48,663 bases of DNA from a virus (taxonomy: Duplodnaviria; Caudoviricetes), in IMG/VR virus record IMGVR_UViG_3300020045_000913, positions 1 through 48,663 of that record; one strand, written 5' to 3'. Within the stretch, counting starts at the first letter, position 1; the number at the start of each line of letters is the position of its first letter. The position numbers and the translations under genes were made by a program. This document shows, one piece after another, positions 44,005 through 48,663 of the stretch. Under the pieces are notes generated by a model, which worked only from the letters and a program-made list of their open reading frames with translations, searched no databases and was not told the origin of the DNA.

Positions 44005-44783
44005 GGCTCTTCTCCTTCTCCATACTGTCTAATGGCCTCTGTGTTTTCCCATTGCTTGCTCATCGGAACCCGTGGCGCATCAAGCAAAGCCGCAACACGA
44101 GCAACACCGTCTGCAATACCCTCACCGGGAGTGAGTTGTGCTGCCGCCCAAATTTCGTGAGCATCGCCCGATTTACGTAGCGCACTGGCTCGCTTTTTAC
44201 CTTCGTGCAACCCACTCAGGTAGGCGATGCTCAGGTCGTCAGAGTTGTCTGGTTGCGTATCCTGCGGTACTGCCACTTGCTGCGCCTTCAGATCGTTAAT
44301 CTGTTTTTGCAACTCCATCTGATTGCTCAGGTTCTCTTTTTGATCCGCTCGCCAGCCTGCAATCTCTTGCGCATCAGCCGCCAGCATGTCAGCGGCGATC
44401 CGCATTAAAAGAAGTCCAAACGGCAGGCCGTCACCATACTTTCGTAGTGCTTCTATGAGTGCAGTTTTATCAAACAAACAAGGGTTACTGAGGTTGGCTT
44501 GAGCTTTGATAGGATTCGTGAACGGCGGCTCGAATCCAGCGCCCAGCATCAATTGCTGCACATTCACGGGAATGGCCCGGAATTGACTGCAGCAGTTTGG
44601 GCAGATCACATGATCGTTATTTGCTACAACTGGCTCCACCGTCTGCGCTTCCTCGCGCTTTATGGCTTCACGCAAAACGGCATTTGCAGAATCTGCCTTT
44701 TCGACTGCTGCAACATCACCAAACTGGCCCATTTCAATGCACACTTTCAGTGCTTGCTTCATCGCTTCAATTGTTGTTGTCAT
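44001..44783 (-). CDS. Hypothetical mosaic protein
   Basis: GGAG RBS, ATG 44783, IEAMKQAL and HEIWAAAQL.PGEGI.DGV.R motifs. Confidence 0.65.
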   Translation of the reverse strand: MTTTIEAMKQALKVCIEMGQFGDVAAVEKADSANAVLREAIKREEAQTVEPVVANNDHVICPNCCSQFRAIPVNVQQLMLGAGFEPPFTNPIKAQANLSNPCLFDKTALIEALRKYGDGLPFGLLLMRIAADMLAADAQEIAGWRADQKENLSNQMELQKQINDLKAQQVAVPQDTQPDNSDDLSIAYLSGLHEGKKRASALRKSGDAHEIWAAAQLTPGEGIADGVARVAALLDAPRVPMSKQWENTEAIRQYGEGEEP

Positions 44784-45100
44784 GCTTGATCTCCTGTGCC
44801 GTGCAATCCAGTTTCTAAAATCTTTCGCGCAGAGGGGTGCAGCGTAAAACCTTCGCACACCGTCTCAACGGCAGCTACCAGCTTCTCGTTCTTGGCTTTG
44901 AGTTGGTCGCGTTCAGCGATGACGGTTTGGGTGTAGTCAGATCGCTCACATAGCAGTTGACCAACACGGACCTCCAGTCGATCAATCTCAGCAGCCTGGG
45001 ATCGCAGCATGTCAGCAGCACGCCCCCCAAGACTCCCGTCTAGAAATTGCTCAAGGTTTTGCGCCAGTTCCAGCGCCTCGTTTTTAGTTTCCATCACCAT
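44780..45100 (-). CDS. Hypothetical coiled-coil protein
   Basis: AADMLRSQAAEIDRL, GGAGG RBS. Confidence 0.65.
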   Translation of the reverse strand: MVMETKNEALELAQNLEQFLDGSLGGRAADMLRSQAAEIDRLEVRVGQLLCERSDYTQTVIAERDQLKAKNEKLVAAVETVCEGFTLHPSARKILETGLHGTGDQA

Positions 45101-45188
45101 CCTCCCGCAAAGTAAGCCACTGCACCAACAATCAAAGACGCTCCAACGACCGCATAAAACAGATCAATAAGAGCTAAAACGATATTAT

Positions 45189-45527
45189 TCATAAGACTCC
45201 ACTGTATAAAAAATAAGGGCTTTCAACGTTCTTTACTTGCTCGCGCAAAACCACGCCAGCATAAAACGCTTTGCGAAGGTCTAGCTGGATGCTTTTAGGA
45301 CGCTTGCCATAAGTAATAGCTATCTGATTTGATGTCATGTTGCGTTTACCAAGCATGTAGAAAGCAAGCTTCTCAAACTCACGTTCTTTGTATGGCGCTG
45401 GTTCTTTCTTTGCCACTGGCTTCCTAACTCTTACTTTTACTGGTTTCTTCACCACTTCAATTTTAGGCATTCCGGGCCAGCCTACGCCTTTAACTAGGAT
45501 GGTTTGGCAGTTGTGTTCTGGTTTCAT
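45189..45527 (-). CDS. Hypothetical basic protein (possible winged HTH)
   Basis: MTSNQIA.....RPKSIQ..L C-terminal region. Confidence 0.55.
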   Translation of the reverse strand: MKPEHNCQTILVKGVGWPGMPKIEVVKKPVKVRVRKPVAKKEPAPYKEREFEKLAFYMLGKRNMTSNQIAITYGKRPKSIQLDLRKAFYAGVVLREQVKNVESPYFLYSGVL

Positions 45528-45565
45528 TTTTACTTTCTAGCCCGCTGTTGAGGCGGGCGGGTTGA

Positions 45566-45805
45566 TTAAAGTGCAGCCCATTTTGTCACGTTGCGATAGT
45601 CGTAGTCCTGACCAAAGCAAACAGACACCAAGTTGCTTATTGTTTCATCTTCGCCGTCGATAACGATGCGGCCTCTTCCGATTACACGACCAAACATGGC
45701 ACGCTGTTCGTTGGCTGTCATCCTGCCAACAAATCGGCCAAAGATGCTATTTGTTTTTTCTTGCAAGAAGAGAGCGATGTTTGCAGCGTATTCCATTTTG
45801 TTCAT
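45566..45805 (-). CDS. Hypothetical protein, first gene of the leftward arm
   Basis: Directly downstream of a TGTGG-CACAAT promoter-like element. Confidence 0.6.
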   Translation of the reverse strand: MNKMEYAANIALFLQEKTNSIFGRFVGRMTANEQRAMFGRVIGRGRIVIDGEDETISNLVSVCFGQDYDYRNVTKWAAL

Positions 45806-45938
45806 CCGTTTCGTTGTTGATGCCTCTATTGTGCCACAACAAAGCAGCTTAATTCACTTTTTTAAACTTTTTTTTCGCTAAGTTTACGGCATAGAATTAG
45901 CGTTCACGCGAAAACTTTCAACAATTTAAAGGACTCAA

Positions 45939-46313
45939 ATGATTTGCCAATACTGCGGCTGCAAGGCCGACCATGTGACGGGTGATGTGATCTATCCACG
46001 TCGCCCAGACTTAAAGCGCCTAAAGTTTTACCATTGCGGGCCATGTGATGCCTATGTTGGATGCCATAAAAAAGACGGTAAGCCACTTGGCACACTGGCA
46101 AATAAAGAGCTTCGCGCATGGCGAAAACTGACGCACGATGCGTTTGATCCTATGTGGATGGACTACGGAAGAAACTTTAGACAAGAAGCTTATAAATGGA
46201 TGTCAAACGTAATGCGGATTGATAAAAGCAAGGCTCACATTGCCATGTTTGACATTGATCAATGCAAAGAACTTATTAATCATGTTGAAGAACATTTCAA
46301 AGTAAAAGAATGA
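45939..46313 (+). CDS. DUF3268-like zinc-finger protein
   Basis: CQYCG...C.PCDAYVGCH....PLGTLAN.ELR..R...H..FDP.W...AHI..FD..QC. Confidence 0.8.
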   Translation: MICQYCGCKADHVTGDVIYPRRPDLKRLKFYHCGPCDAYVGCHKKDGKPLGTLANKELRAWRKLTHDAFDPMWMDYGRNFRQEAYKWMSNVMRIDKSKAHIAMFDIDQCKELINHVEEHFKVKE

Positions 46314-48334
46314 GCAGCTTAAAAAACATCTTTCCCAATGGCTTTAGGCCACCTGTAGATCTTGCACCACTGTCGCCAGAACATCAGCTTAGAGTGGCTA
46401 TGTCTGACGCCGGGATCTCGCCACCTGATGATTTGGTGTTGGATGGTACGCTTCGCAGGTTTTCAACCAATGGCAAGAAAAAGGATTTATCAGGGTGGTA
46501 CGTCGTCCATGATGGCGACATAGCAGCGGGGGCGTTTGGCGACTGGAAGACTGGCCAAGAGTGCCATTTCAGGGCTGACATTGGACGTGAACTGACGTTT
46601 CAAGAGTCAGCTATGCACCATAAACGCATGGCAGAAGTTAAGGCTAAGCGGGACAAGGAACTGGCTGAGTCGCGTGAATATGCGGCGTTTCAAGCGGCTA
46701 AATTGTGGGAGTCTGCGCAGTTGGCCAGCGATGACCATCCATACATCAAGCGCAAGGGCATTAGTAATCCAGGCTGGCGCATTGCACCTGACGGGCGTTT
46801 GATGGCACCAATGCTTATCGGTGGAGAGATAGCTGGCCTGCAATATATAAGTGACGATGGCACCAAGCTATTCATGCGAGGTTCAAAGACGGGCGGTGCG
46901 TCGTGGTCTATTGGGCCTGATTACATGGCTGGTGACGGGCGTATCTATGTATGCGAGGGCATTGCCACGGCTGCATCGATCTTTGAAGCCACTGGACGGG
47001 CTGTTGTCGTGAGCTATTCAGCCGGGAATATGTCGGCCACGGCACAGGCTTTGCGTGAGCGTTTAGGGCCATTGCGTGAGCTTGTTATCGTGGCTGACAA
47101 CGATGATTCAGGCGTTGGCAAGCGTGAGGCTGATAAGGCGGCTGCGTTGGTTGGTGCTACCGTGGTTATGCCGGATAAAGGGGATGCTAATGATTTTGCT
47201 CAGGCTGGTGGGGATTTGGCGGGGTTGTTGGAGCCGGTGATTAAAGACATGCGATACACGCTTACGCCAGCGTCAGATATGACTGAAATGGCTCCGATAA
47301 AGTGGCACATTAAAAAGATTTTGCCAGCCAAAGAGGTTGCAGCTATTTATGGTCCGCCTGGAGCCGGGAAATCTTTCATGGCATTAGACATGGCGTGCCA
47401 CATCGCCGAAGGTCGTGACTGGATGGGGTACCGGACAAAGAAAGCCAATGTGGTTTATTTAATTCTGGAGGCTGCTAATGGTTTTTCAGGCCGTCTAAAG
47501 GCGTGGCAAATACATAGCCAAAGGAAATTACCTGATAACTTTTTTGTAATTAAACATTCTGCATTTGCTTTTAGTTCACCATTGGATATTAAACAGTTGG
47601 TCGAATCTATTCAGTATGTAATTGGAAATTCAAATAATGGGTTGATTATTTTTATAGATACTTTGGCGCGTGCTATGGGTTCATTTGAAGAGAATGATAA
47701 TAATGACATGGGTAAAGTTATTGCAGCGTCTGAAAGTATTTCTAAGTCATTAGATTGTGCAGTTTCATTAATTGCTCACCCTGGAAAGGATGCCACCAAG
47801 GGGCTTCGCGGTGGTAGCTCTTTATTGGGTGGACTCGAAACAACCATTGAGCTAAACAAAGACCCGGTATCAAAATTACGTACTTGGAGACTTGTTAAAC
47901 AAAAAGAGGGTGACGACGGTATCGAAGGTTCGTTTAACCTGCAAGTCGTAAAGATGGGAGAGGATGAAGACGGTGACGACATCACGTCAGCCGTGGTGGT
48001 GCACGATGTACAAGATGTTGATGCAGTCGTTGTAAAGCCTGAGTCTAAATCCACGTTCAGTGCCCGCCAAAGCTTTGAGGGCGCGTTACTTGAGTATGGA
48101 TATCTTGACAGCCAAGGTGCTATGTATATCACGACCGATAACTGGGCTCAGTACGAGGCCGAGACAAACCGGCACATAAAAGAGACTACGGCTAAGCAAA
48201 ACGTGACTAAAACCACGCGTTACCCAGATTACTTGGATGGATACATCAAGCCAAAATCAGGCGGGTACGTGGTGAGTGATGAATCAAAATTTCACGGAAT
48301 AAGGGCCTTAATGAAGAAAAAAGACAAAAAATAA
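46310..48334 (+). CDS. Primase-helicase (TOPRIM plus RecA-like AAA_25 domain)
   Basis: HPYIKRKG, LQYI..DG.K.F, VCEGIATA, VADND, YGPPGAGKSF, FIDTLAR, HPGKD...RG.SSL. Confidence 0.9.
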   Translation: MSSLKNIFPNGFRPPVDLAPLSPEHQLRVAMSDAGISPPDDLVLDGTLRRFSTNGKKKDLSGWYVVHDGDIAAGAFGDWKTGQECHFRADIGRELTFQESAMHHKRMAEVKAKRDKELAESREYAAFQAAKLWESAQLASDDHPYIKRKGISNPGWRIAPDGRLMAPMLIGGEIAGLQYISDDGTKLFMRGSKTGGASWSIGPDYMAGDGRIYVCEGIATAASIFEATGRAVVVSYSAGNMSATAQALRERLGPLRELVIVADNDDSGVGKREADKAAALVGATVVMPDKGDANDFAQAGGDLAGLLEPVIKDMRYTLTPASDMTEMAPIKWHIKKILPAKEVAAIYGPPGAGKSFMALDMACHIAEGRDWMGYRTKKANVVYLILEAANGFSGRLKAWQIHSQRKLPDNFFVIKHSAFAFSSPLDIKQLVESIQYVIGNSNNGLIIFIDTLARAMGSFEENDNNDMGKVIAASESISKSLDCAVSLIAHPGKDATKGLRGGSSLLGGLETTIELNKDPVSKLRTWRLVKQKEGDDGIEGSFNLQVVKMGEDEDGDDITSAVVVHDVQDVDAVVVKPESKSTFSARQSFEGALLEYGYLDSQGAMYITTDNWAQYEAETNRHIKETTAKQNVTKTTRYPDYLDGYIKPKSGGYVVSDESKFHGIRALMKKKDKK

Positions 48335-48338
48335 CATC

Positions 48339-48358
48339 AAGGCCTACGGGCCTTTTTT
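48339..48358 (+). terminator. Intrinsic terminator after the primase-helicase gene
   Basis: AAGGCC-TACG-GGCCTTTTTT. Confidence 0.85.
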
Positions 48359-48375
48359 CATGCCTTCATTGATAG

Positions 48376-48418
48376 TTATCCACAAGTTATCCACAGGCAA
48401 AATGACGAGTTATCCACA
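48376..48418 (+). promoter_or_regulatory. Three consensus DnaA boxes (TTATCCACA)
   Basis: Exact matches at 48376-84, 48387-95 and 48410-18. Confidence 0.85.
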
Positions 48419-48424
48419 GGGTCA

Positions 48425-48636
48425 TCGGGGCAGTAGATTTTTGTAAGTTTTTGGCAAGAAATCGACCATCGGGGCAGCCGGGGCAGTTGCCTATTTTTTA
48501 AGCATGTTGTGCAAGTTGTTGATTTCATTAGGTTTTTCACTGCATCGGGGCAGTCGGGGCAGTCGGGGCAATTTGATGTTTTTTTAAATTGCCCCGCATC
48601 GGGGCAGTCGGGGCACCCCCCCCTTTAGGGGGTGCC
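48425..48636. repeat. CGGGGCA iteron-like repeats, probable replication origin
   Basis: Eight direct (T/C)CGGGGCA copies (48425, 48469, 48478, 48545, 48554, 48563, 48599, 48608) and one inverted copy (48590), with 9-nt periodicity and AT-rich spacers. Confidence 0.75.
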
Positions 48637-48663
48637 ACGATTGCCACGAGGGCCGAGTTTTCC

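Noticed and set aside
1-48663. Alternative genetic code or stop-codon reassignment
   Set aside because: Core genes are full length under the standard code, all three stop codons are used, and the only canonical tRNA is not a suppressor.

Overview
The window is a near-complete genome of a contractile-tailed dsDNA phage (myovirus), probably of a proteobacterial host (host is inference only). It starts inside the small terminase gene and ends just after a probable replication origin. From 1 to 30 kb the + strand carries packaging, head, neck, tail, baseplate, tailspike and lysis genes. Four minus-strand inserts interrupt this arm, and each has a related TAGGGGTTT(T/A)C-type motif in its divergent promoter region. 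From 30 to 45.8 kb the minus strand carries early/middle genes: MazG-like, ThyX, RuvC-like, two SF2 helicases, endonuclease VII, Cas4-like nuclease, DNA methyltransferase, DUF669 SSB, Sak4-like ATPase and many small ORFs. From 45.9 to 48.7 kb the + strand carries a DUF3268-like zinc finger and a primase-helicase, followed by three DnaA boxes and CGGGGCA iterons. No integrase, CI-like repressor or CRISPR array is visible. The most unusual region is the ~1.08 kb stretch between baseplate genes (21775-22858), which has no ORF of 60 aa or more. On the minus strand it reads as a polycistronic structured-RNA cassette: a promoter and mini-ORF, five ~85-110 nt units closed by 14-21 bp stems with shared internal motifs, two GACA-hairpin-CTATCAAG elements, a CCA-ended tRNA mimic with a Watson-Crick kissing loop in place of the D/T elbow, and a canonical tRNA(CAT). 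All family names come from motif recognition by eye; no database searches were run.
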